Positions 10,501 through 20,000 of a DNA stretch of 20,000 nt are shown here, piece after piece. The notes below the pieces were generated by a model. It saw nothing but the letters and a program-made list of their open reading frames with translations. It had not been told where the DNA came from and searched no databases. Position 1 is the first letter of the stretch. Each line of letters begins with the position of its first letter. Source of the stretch: Chiloscyllium plagiosum (taxonomy: Eukaryota); contig NC_057718.1 in assembly GCF_004010195.1 (NCBI RefSeq), positions 13,606,097 to 13,626,096 of the forward strand. Reading direction: 5' to 3'. The position numbers were made by a program, and so were the translations under genes.

Positions 10501-13500
10501 AGATTGCTAGAGCTGCTTGGGAGGATTTAAACGAGTAAGGAGGGCAGGGGTGGGACCCAGGGAGATAGAGAGGAAAGAGATCAATCTCAGACAGGTACAG
10601 TTGAGAACAGAAGCAAGTCAAACAGTCAGGGCAGGCAGGGACAAGGTAGGACTAATAAATTAAACTGCATTTATTTCAAGGCAAGGGGCCTAACAAGGAA
10701 GGCAGATGAACTCAGGGCATGGTTAGGAACATGGGACTGGGATATCATAGCAATTACAGAAACATGGCTCAGGGATGGGCAGGACTGGCAGCTTAATGTT
10801 CCAGGATACAAATGCTACAGGAAGGATAGAAAGGGAGGCAAGAGAGGAGGGGGAGTGGTATTTTTGATCAGGGATAGCATTACAGCTGTGCCGAGGGAGG
10901 ATATTCCCAGAAATACATCCAGGGACGTTATTTGGGTGGAACTGAGAAATAAGAAAGGGATGATCACCTTATTGCGATTGTATTATATACCCCCTAATAG
11001 TCAGAGGGAAATTGAGAAACAAACTTGCAAGGAGATCTCAGCTATCTATAAGAATAATACGGTAGTTATGGTAGGGGATTTTAACTTTCCAAACATTGAC
11101 TGGGACTGCCATAGTGTTAAAGGTTTAGATGGAGAGGAATTTCTTAAGTGTGCACAAGACAATTTTTTGATTCAGTATGTGGATATACCTCCTAGAGAAG
11201 GTGCAAAACTTGACCTACTCTTGGGAAATAAGGCAGGGCAGGTGACTGAGGTGTCAGTGGGGGAGCACTTTGGGGCGGCGACCATAATTCTATTTGTTTT
11301 AAAATAGTGATGGAAAAGGATAGACCAGATCTAAAAGTTGAAGTTCTAAATTGGAGAAAGGCCAATTTCGACGGTATTAAGCAAGAACTTTCAAAAGCTG
11401 ATAGGGGGGCAGATGTTCGCAGGTAAAGGGACGGCTGGAAAATGGGAAGCCTTCAGAAATGAAGTAACAAGAATCCAGAGAAAGTATATTCCTGTCAGGG
11501 TGAAAGGGAAGGCTGGTAGGTACAGGGAATGCTGGATGACTAAAGAAATTGAGGGTTTGGTTAAGAAAACGAAGAAAGCATATGTCAGGTATAGACCAGA
11601 TAGATCAAGTGAATCCTTAGAAGAGTATAAAGGACGTAGGAGTATACTTAAGAGGGAAATCAGGAGTGCAAAAAGGGACATGAGATAACTTTGACAAATA
11701 GAATTAAGGAGAATCCAAAGGGTTTTTACAAATATATGAAGGACAAAAGGGTAACTAGGGAGAGAATAGGGCCCCTCAAAGATCAGCAAGGCAGCCTTTG
11801 TGTGGAGCCGCAGAAAATGGGGGAGATACTAAACGAGTATTTTGTGTCAGTATTTACTGTGGAAGAGGACATCGAAGATATAGAATGTCGGGAAATAGAT
11901 GATGACATCTTGAAAAATGTCTATATTACACAGAGGAGAAAGTGCTAGGTGTCTTAAAACGGTTAAAAGGTGGATAAATCCCCAGGACCTGATTAAGTGT
12001 ACCCTAGAACTCTGTGGGAGGCTGGGCCTCTTGCTGAGATATTTGTATCATCAATAGTCACAGGAGGGGTGCCGGAAGACAGGAAATTGGCTAATGTGGT
12101 GTCACTGTTTAAGAAGGGTGGTAAGGACAAGCCAGGGAACTACAGACCAGTGAGCCTGACATCAGTGATGGGCAAGTTGTTGGAGGAAATCCTGAGGGAC
12201 AGGATGTACATGTATTTGGAAAAGCAAGAACTGATTAGGGATAGTCAACATGGCTTTGTGCGTGGGAAATCATGTCTCATAAACTTGATTGAGTTTTTTG
12301 AAGAAGTAACAAAGAGGATTGATGAGGGCAGAGCGGTGGACATGATCTATATAGACTTCAGCAAGGCGTTCGACAAGGTTCCCCATGGGAGACTGGTTAG
12401 CAAGGTTAGATCTCATGGAATACAGAGAGAACTAGCCATGTGAATACAGAACTGGCTCAAAGGTAGAAGACAGAACGTGATGGTAGAGGGTTTTCAGTCT
12501 GGAGGCCTGTGATCAGTGGAGTGCCATAAGGATCGGTGCTGGGTCCTCTACTTTTTGTCATTTATATAAATGATTTGGATGTGAGCAGAAGAGGTACGGT
12601 TAGTAAGTTTGCAGAGGACATCAAAATTGGAGGTGTGGTGGACAGTGAAGAAAGTTACCTCAGATTACAATAGGATCTTGATCAGATGGGCCAATGGGCT
12701 GAGAAGTGGCAGATGGAGTTTAATTCAGATAAATGCGAAGTGCTGCATTTTGGGAAAATAAATCTTAGCAGGACTTATACACTTAATGGTAAGGCCCTAG
12801 GGAGTGTTGCTGAACAAAGACATTGGAGTGCAGGTTCATAACTCCTTGAAAGTGAAGTTGCAGATAGATAGGATAGTGGAGGCATTTGGTATGCTTTCCT
12901 ATGTTGGTCAGAGTATCGAATACAGGTAGTGGGAGGTCATGGTTAGGCCACATTTGGAATATTCCGTGCAATTCTGGTCTCCTTCCTATCAGAAAGATGT
13001 TGTGAAACTAGAAAGGGTTTAGAAATGATTTACAAGGATATTGCCAGGGTTGGAGGATTTGAGCCATAAGGAGAGACTGAACAGGCTGGGACTATTTTCC
13101 CTGGAGCGTCGGAAGCTGAGGGGTGATCTTACAGAGGTTTACAAAATGATGAGAGACATGGATAGGATAAATAAACAAAATCTTTTCCCTGGGGTGGGGG
13201 AGTCCAGAACTAGAGGGCATAGGTTTAAAGTGAGAGAGGAAAGATATAAAAGAGACCTAAGGGGCAACTTTTTCACACAGAGGGTAGTGCGTGTATTGAA
13301 TGAGCTGCCAGAGGAAGTGGTGGAGGCTGGTACAATTGCAACATTTAAAAAGCATTTGGATGGGTATATGAATAGGAATGGTTTGGAGGGATATGGGCCG
13401 GGTGCTGGCAGGTGGGACTAGATTGGGTTGGGATATCTGGTCGGCATGGACGGGTTGGACCGAAGGGTCTGTTTCCATGCTGTACATCTCTATGATTCTA
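10501..13500 (+). mobile_element. CR1 LINE, near-complete ORF2 (APE endonuclease + RT) preceded by the ORF1 end; frameshifted and stop-interrupted
   Basis: LNCIYFKARGL, IAITETWL, VGDFNFPNIDW, LDLLLGN (APE); NYRPVSLTS, SQHGFVRGKSC, IDFSKAFDKV, KFAEDIKI (RT); 3' tail CTCTATGATTCTA. Confidence 0.95.
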
Positions 13501-13775
13501 GATTATATCATGACTCTGCATACGGACAACCAGGCCCCAACACTAAAACATTCATTGCCAGCATCCTTTTTGTACCTTTGCCTTTTTGTCACAGGCCTTC
13601 ATTTTCTCAAAGGAAGTCCCTCCGCTGCAAATGTCTGCATTAACCACATTCAATATACCAGCCAATTCATACATACTTTTCGCTAACAATTATAAAATGT
13701 GATGAAACATCGTCCATATCAATTAACTCTAAATTTATGAGGTTTTCTTGGTAATTAGTGAACACTAAGGTGTAA

Positions 13776-16172
13776 TGACTGGATAGGGTAGAATTTGTAA
13801 GAAGCTTCCAGGAGAGTTTTCTAGAGCAGTATGTCAATAATCCGACGAGGGAAGGGACCATATTGGACCAGGTACTGGGGAACAAACCAGGACAGCTGGT
13901 AGAATTTGCGGTGGGGGATTTCTTTGGGAACAGTGACCACAATTCTGTAAGTTTTAGAATTCTCGTAGATAAAGAAGAGAACGGTCCGAAGGGAAGAGTA
14001 CTAAACTGGGCCAAGGCCAATTATATCAAAATTAGGGAGGAGCTTGGAAATGTGGATTGGACACAGCTATTTGAAGGGAAGTCCACACTTGAGATGTGGG
14101 AGGCTTTCAAAGATAGGTTAAAGATCGTGCAGGATAGACATGTCCCGTTGAAGGCAAAGGATAGGAAGGCAAGATTGGTGAACCATGGATAACAGGAGAA
14201 ATTGTGCGACTAGCCAAGAGGAAAAGGGAAGCGTACATAAGGTCTAGGCAGCTAAGAACAGAACGGGCCCTGGAGGAATATCGGGAGAGTAGGCCAAGTC
14301 TTAAGCGAGGAATCAAGCAGGCTAAAAGGGGTCATGAAATAGCTTTAGCGAACAGAATTAAGGAGAATCCCAAAGCATTTTATTCTTCTATAAGAAGCAA
14401 ACGGGTAACTAGAGAAAGGATTGGCCCACTAAAAGATAACAAAGGAAGGCTGTGTGTTGAACGTGAGAGAATGGACGAGATTCTGAATGATTACTTCGCA
14501 TCAGTGTTCACTGAGGAGAGGAACATGATGTTGTTGAGATTAGAAACAGAAGTTTGATTAGACTGGATTACATTGATATAAGGTGGGAGGATGTGTTGGG
14601 TATGCTAAAGGATATTAAGATGGACAAATCCCCAGGACCGGATGGGATCTATCCCAGGTTGCCGAGGGGCGAGAGAGGAAATAACTGGGGCCCTGACAGG
14701 TATCTTTTTGGCATCCTTAAATACAGGTAAGGTGCCGGAGGACTGAAGGGTTGCTCATGTTGTCCCCCTGTACAAGAAGGGAAGTAGGGATATTCTGGGT
14801 AACTACAGACCAGTGAGCTAGATGTCAGTGGTGGCAAAGTTGCTCAACAAGGTACTGAGGGATTGGATCTATTTATATTTAGAAAAGAATGGGCTTATCA
14901 GTGATAGGCAACATGGTTTTTGTGCGGGGGAGATCAAGTGAGGAAGTGACCAAATTGATAGATGAAGGGAGGGCTGTTGATGTGATATACATGGACTTTA
15001 GTCATGCGTTTGATAAGGTTCCCCATGGTAGACTAATGGAGAAAATGAAGTCACATGGTGTGCAGGGTGTTCTAGCTAGGTGGATAAAAAACTGGTTGAG
15101 CAACAGGAGACAGAGTGTAGTAGTTGAAGGGATTTCTCGAAATGGAGAAAAGTTACCAGTGGTGTTCCACAGGGGTCAGTGTTGGGGCCACTGTTGTTTG
15201 TAATATACATAAATGATCTGGAAGAGGGCTCTGTTAGTATGATCAGCAAGTTTGCAGATGACACGAAGATTGGTGGAGTAGCAGAAAGCATAAGGGACTG
15301 TCAGAGAATACAGGAGGATATAGATAGACTGAAGAGTTGGGCGGAAAAGTGGCAGATGGTTTTCAATCCAGACAAATGTGAGGTGGTGCATTTAGACAAG
15401 ACTAATTCTAGACTGAATTATACAATGAACAGAAGAGCCTTGAGAAAAGTTGATGGCAGAGAGATCTGGGAGTGCAGGTCAATTGTACCCTGAAGTTTGC
15501 TGCACAGGTGGATAGAGTGGTCAAGAAGGCATATAGTATGCTTGCCTTCATTGGACGGGTATTGAGTACAACAGCTGGCAAGTCATGTTAAAATTGTACA
15601 AGACATTGGTTCGGCCGCATTTAGAATACTGTGTACAGTTCTGGTTGCCACATTACCAAAAGGATGTGGACGCTTTGGAGAGGGTGCAGAGAAGGTTTAC
15701 GAGGATGTTGCCTGGTATGGAAAGTGCTAGCTATGAAGAGAGATGGAGTAGGTTAGGTTATTTTCATTAGAAAACAGGAGATTGAGAGGGGACCTGATTG
15801 AGGTTTTCAAAATCACAAAGGGTATAGACAGGGTGGATAGAGACAAGCTTTTTCCCAGGGTGAAGGATTCAATAACGAGAGGTCACGCTTTCAAGGTGAG
15901 AGATAGAAAGTTTAAGGGGGATACACGTGGCAAGTACTTCACACAGAGGGTGGTAGGCGTTTGGAACACATTGCCAGCAGAGGTGATAGAGGTAGGCAAG
16001 GTAGATTCATTTAAGATGCATCTGGACAGATGCATGAGTAGGTGGGGAGCAGAGTGATACAGATGCATTGGAATTGACAAAATGGTTTAGACAATACATT
16101 TGGATCGGCTCAGGCTTTGAGGGCCGAAGAGCCTATTCCTGGGCTGTAAATTTTCTTTGCTCTTTATTCTTT
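13776..16172 (+). mobile_element. CR1 LINE, second subfamily, 5'-truncated within the endonuclease; decayed
   Basis: SDHNSVSF (APE SDH), YMDFSHAFDKVPH, KFADDTKIGG, LVRPHLEYCVQFW, FTQRVVGVWNTLP; distinct 3' UTR ending TTTCTTTGCTCTTTATTCTT. Confidence 0.95.
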
Positions 16173-16189
16173 GGATGCATTTCCTTTAA

Positions 16190-16330
16190 TTTATTTTTTG
16201 TTTAGCAAAGGTATTAAGGGTTATTGGCCAAAGGTAGGTATAAGGAGTTAGTCCACAGACTGGCGATGATCTTGTTAAATGTCCAAACAGGGTCATTGAG
16301 CTGAATGGTCTATTCCTGTTCCTATGTTCA
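16190..16330 (+). mobile_element. Old CR1 3' UTR fragment
   Basis: AAAGGTATTAAGGGTTAT...GATGATCTTGTTAAATG...GAGCTGAATGGTCTATTCCTGTTCCTATGTTC, same type as 3230-3360. Confidence 0.65.
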
Positions 16331-16859
16331 TTGTTGTACTTTATCTCATCTGGAACTATTTCAATCCTAATTGTGAGACATTCAGAGTAAAGTCATCTCT
16401 CAGGTGCCTTGATGTGTTACTTGTGGTTTGGATCTCAAACCTTTAGGTAGGGATATTTCATCAGAAATCTAGCAGTGCGTACAAACAGGCATCTTGTTAC
16501 GTGAGAACCAGAAGACAAACACCCACGTGGAATCTGAGACGTCCAGCTGAGAGTTAGAGCCAAGACAAAATAACTAGGTGCACAACCAATTTTTCATTAT
16601 TTGTCCAGCCAATGCTGGAACTTTTAGGTGCTGATGGGTTTAGGGGCAAGGGATCGAGCTCTTGAGAATTTGATCTGATCTAGGTTATGTTGGTCTTCAT
16701 AGCTCTGCTACGTAAAGAAAGCATAAAGAGGAAACTTCTCAAGCACAGAATCCCAGAGGTTTTAAGTTCTGCACCGAGTGATGTGATGGTATCAGGGCAT
16801 AGCCAGGGAGTAGTTTTTTTGGGGAGGTTAGGCACTTACTTGGAGCGTAATGATATATG

Positions 16860-16925
16860 AAGAGTTTTTCCAGCAGTTTCTACTTTTAACTCCAACTTCC
16901 TGCATCCACAACATTTTGCTTTAAC
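16860..16925 (+). mobile_element. Short remnant of the same Penelope-like repeat end as 9028-9201
   Basis: GAGTTTTTCCAGCAGTTTCTACTTTT...TTCCTGCATCCACAACATTTTGCTTT. Confidence 0.35.
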
Positions 16926-16987
16926 GTAATGCTGTTTTGCTTTGGCACTACTGCTCAGATGTTAGCACATCTTCCTCATCCTTAAAT

Positions 16988-18408
16988 CTCAGAGCATGCG
17001 CAGATCAACTGGCAGAGGTCTTCTCAGACATCTTCAACCTCTCTCTCTGCAGTAGGCCACTGTCCCTGCCTGTTTCAAGAGGGCCAACATCATCCCTGTG
17101 CCTAAGAAGGCTCATGCAGCATGTCTCAATGACTACCGTCCAGTGGCCCTAATGTCAGTGGTCATGAAGTGCTTTGAAAGGCTGGTCACGGCATTAATCA
17201 ACTGCAACCTCCCCACTAATCTTGACCCACTCCAATTTGCCTATCGGACAAAAGATCCACGTCAGATACCATATCATTTGCCCTTCATCCTCCCTAGAAC
17301 ATCTTGACACCAAGGACAGCTACATAAGAATCCTACTCATTGCCTACAGTTCAGCCTTCAACACTATTATCCCCTCGATGCTGATTACTAAATTTATTCA
17401 TCTCCGACTAGGCGCCACTCTCTGCAACTGGATCCTCAGTTTCCTGACCCACAAGCCTCAATCAGTGAAAACTGGGGACAATATTTCATCCTCACTAAAA
17501 CTCAACACCGGATCCCCCTAGGGGTGTGTACTCAGCCCTCTACTGTACTCATTGTATACCCACGACTGCATCTCCAAATACCAGACTAATGCCATTTACA
17601 AGTTCGCTGTTGATATCACCATAGTTGGTCAAATCTCAGATGGCGACGAAACAGACTACAGACGGGAAGTGGAAAACCTGGAAAAATGGTGCATTGAGAA
17701 CAACCTAGCTCTCAATGCTGGCAAAACCAAGGAACTCATTATTGACTTTTGGTGGGATGTTACTCATGCCCCCCTACACATTTACAGCACAGAGGTGGAA
17801 TGAATAGAGAGTGTCAAGCTCCTGGGAGTGGTCATCCACAAGAAGCTTTCTTGGACTCTTCATGTGGACACACTGATTACAAAGGCCCAACAACGTCTCT
17901 TCTTCCTCAGGCAGCTGAGAAAATTTGGCATAATGTTGAATATCCTTGCCAACTTTTATAGGTGCGCCATCGAGAGCATTCTGTCTGGATGTATCATTAC
18001 CTGGTACAGTAACTCAAGATTAGAAACGGTCACAGAGAGTGGTGAACTTGGCCCGCACTATCACAAAGGCCAACTTCCCATCTACAGAATCCACCAAGGA
18101 AAGGCTGCCAGCATTCTTAAAGATCCATCCCACCCTGGCAATGCTTTTCTACACTCTCTACCACCGAGAAGGTACAGAAGCCTGAACACACGCATTAGCT
18201 GGTTTTGAAATAGCTTTGACCCTACTGTTGTTAGAATACTGAATGGACTCACAAGCTCTTAGCATTCACCTGTACCTGTGTTTTATGTTCTGCTGTTTAC
18301 CTACTATTTACTTATCTATGCTAGTTGACTGTGTGATCTGCCTCTATTGCTCGGAGGATAAAGCGTTTCACTGTGCCTCGGCACAAGTGACAATAAATTC
18401 AATTCAAT
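16988..18408 (+). mobile_element. Rex1/Babar-clade LINE, 5'-truncated RT region through 3' tail; decayed
   Basis: [66 protein letters not shown] (FADD mutated), KTKELIIDF, KAQQRLFFLRQLRKF, IESILSGCI are Rex1-type motifs; tail CAATAAATTCAATTCAAT. Confidence 0.88.
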
Positions 18409-18546
18409 ACTATAACCACCGTCACAAAGAATTTCAGAATGTGGGAAAAGGGTTAATTGGACTTGCTGCTTCCTCCTACATTCCAACTGCACTAAATTCC
18501 ATAAATAAATAGTCAGTTCTTATAAAAGTAGTAGTTGTGAACGTAC

Positions 18547-19504
18547 TGGATTCGGCCGGAGACTCTGAACTGATTTCACTCCTCAATGAGTTCGAAACTT
18601 CTACAGCTCTCTTTAACAGGTACATGGCTCTCTTGCGCGACGTGTTATCCGGCTGCACCAAACCCGTTTGCACCATTTCCCAAAACTCCGGACAAATTCG
18701 GAGATCGAAGGTATCGGGGGATGACCGGTCTCCGGTATCAAAGAGCAGACGGGGAGGAAGCGAGGTCAGCAACAGCAGGGATCTGGAGCCGGAGCCGGTC
18801 TTTCCCCAGTGTTTCACGCGATCCCAGATCTCCTGGGCGAACAGGCACTTTGACACCGAGCTGCCCGGGTGCCGGAGAAGAGCCAGAATCAAGCCGGTGA
18901 CCACTCTGGATGCCACGCTGTCCTCCCCCACTCTGACAGCGGTCAGGCCGAGCTGTAGCAGCTCCTGTACGCCGACTCCGGGCTCCAGAAGCAGCAGCAG
19001 CGGCGCCATCCTCACCAGCACCTCGACGGCGACTCGAATGTCCGAGTACTCGGAGGCCTGGCACTCGCCGCTCCGAGCTTCCTCCCCCTCAACCAGACCA
19101 GCCCTACCCCGTTCCTCGGTGTAGCTCCGCAGATCCCTCAGGCTTGGGGTGGTCACGTCCCGAAGCAGGGCAGGTGGGCTCCGTAGGCAACAGGCGTGGA
19201 GCAGGCCGCAAAGGGAGCACACCAGCCTCCGGCTCTGCTCCTCCAGCTGCAAATGCCGCACGAGCGGCAGGCACCAGCCGACGGCCAGGTCCCGCAAGGA
19301 GCTGGAGGCATCGCGCTCCTCGGCGCCGGGCGCCAGCTTCTCCACCAACAGCCCAAATATCTCCAGCCGACCAGGGTCAGGCGCCCCTGGCTCTCCTCCG
19401 TCCCGGCACCAGCGGCACAACTCCTGTACGGTGAATGAGAAACCGGACCCCGGCACAGCATCCAGCCGCTGCACCAAGTCCACCACCATCAATAAAGGCT
19501 CCAT
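18547..19504 (-). CDS. TARBP1: TARBP1 coding exon 1 (958 nt), tRNA (guanosine-18 2'-O)-methyltransferase / TAR RNA-binding protein 1, N-terminal region
   Basis: FWEMVQTGLVQPDNTSRKRAMYLLKRAVEVS matches human [31 protein letters not shown] (recalled); ATG in strong Kozak context GGGATGG; donor TCCA|GTACGT at 18546, phase 1 matching exon 2. Confidence 0.92.
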
Positions 19505-19610
19505 CCCCGACAGCCTGACGCCAACTGCTGGACACACCACTTCCGGTGCAAGTGTGTGTTTCCTCCTTTTCTAATGTCCGGCGGAAAACACCACCCTCTC
19601 GGCTCCGTTC
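18550..19610. promoter_or_regulatory. CpG island covering exon 1 and the proximal promoter of TARBP1
   Basis: Visibly GC- and CpG-rich compared with the CpG-depleted rest of the window. Confidence 0.8.
19538..19546 (-). promoter_or_regulatory. ETS/GABPA-type motif CCGGAAGTG, ~35 nt upstream of the ATG
   Basis: Exact consensus match, typical near the TSS of TATA-less housekeeping genes; binding not shown. Confidence 0.55.
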
Positions 19611-19661
19611 CTAGAGAAATGGAAGCGTCTCTGTGAGGAAAAGAAGAAACGTTCGGTTAAG

Positions 19662-19790
19662 ATGATTTGGAGATGCCGGTGTTGGACTGGGGTGTACAAA
19701 GTTAAAAAATCACACAACACCAGGTTATAGTCCAACAGGTTTAATTGGAAGCATTAGCTTTCGGAGCGTCGCTCCATCAGATGGTTGTGG
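19662..19790 (-). mobile_element. Penelope-like terminal repeat containing a minimal hammerhead ribozyme motif
   Basis: Minus strand reads CAT CTGAT GGAGC GAC GCTCC GAAAGCTA ATG, followed by ...CCTGGTGTTGTGTG...CAGTCCAACACCGGCATCTCCAAATCAT. Confidence 0.65.
19752..19783 (-). ncRNA. Degenerate type I minimal hammerhead ribozyme (core CUGAU lacking G8-A9)
   Basis: Stem I CAU/AUG, CUGAU, stem II GGAGC/GCUCC, GAAA, palindromic AGCU, putative CUA cleavage triplet. Confidence 0.55.
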
Positions 19791-19799
19791 AGGACACAA

Positions 19800-20000
19800 G
19801 AAAGGATTGCGAGGATGATTCAGGAGAAGAGTGAAAGTAATAGGGTGGTTGGTATGAGGGACTTTAACTTTCCTGATATTGATTGGGAAAGCCAGAGCTC
19901 TAGTTTGTTAGATGGGTCAGTGTTTGTCCATTGTGTGCAGGATGGTTTCCTGACACAATATGGAGATAGGCCAACAAGAGGTGAGGCCATACTGGATTTG
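19800..20000 (+). mobile_element. CR1 endonuclease fragment, continues beyond the window
   Basis: Translates as NRVVGMRDFNFPDIDWE...CVQDGFLTQYGDRPTRGEAILDL. Confidence 0.88.

Noticed and set aside
10501..16172. Active/autonomous CR1 or a novel RT-based system (retron, DGR, CRISPR-associated RT)
   Set aside because: All RT segments are vertebrate LINE-type with stops, frameshifts and 5' truncation; there is no prokaryotic context or repeat-spacer array
18476..19540. 354-aa single-exon ORF starting at GTG 19540
   Set aside because: The ATG at 19504 has a strong Kozak context and fits the homolog start; the tail after 18547 is intron read-through past a good GT donor
18537..19574. Plus-strand ORFs of 195, 104, 141 and 80 aa, and alternative-frame minus ORFs
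   Set aside because: Shadow ORFs of a GC-rich coding exon; low-complexity S/R/P-rich translations with no recognisable domain

Overview
Vertebrate genomic DNA, most likely from a cartilaginous fish (shark-type repeat families; inference). The minus strand carries the 5' end of TARBP1 (Trm3-type tRNA Gm18 2'-O-methyltransferase): a CpG-rich exon 1 (ATG 19504) and exons 2-4, all with GT-AG splice sites and matching phases (958+98+70+149 nt = 425 codons). The gene continues off the left edge. The introns are packed with decayed non-LTR retrotransposons: several CR1 copies from at least two younger subfamilies plus older fragments, a Rex1/Babar LINE, L2-like remnants and Penelope-like terminal repeats. 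There is one 544-N assembly gap. Most notable: (1) the CR1 ORF1/ORF2 junction has a T_TTA_AAC slippery heptamer, a downstream G-rich tract and no AUG ahead of the endonuclease, suggesting -1 ribosomal frameshifting; (2) a minimal hammerhead-ribozyme motif with a damaged core lies in a Penelope-like repeat just upstream of the TARBP1 start; (3) inverted, highly similar CR1 copies flank exons 2-3, whose 168 nt would form a stop-free in-frame circle.
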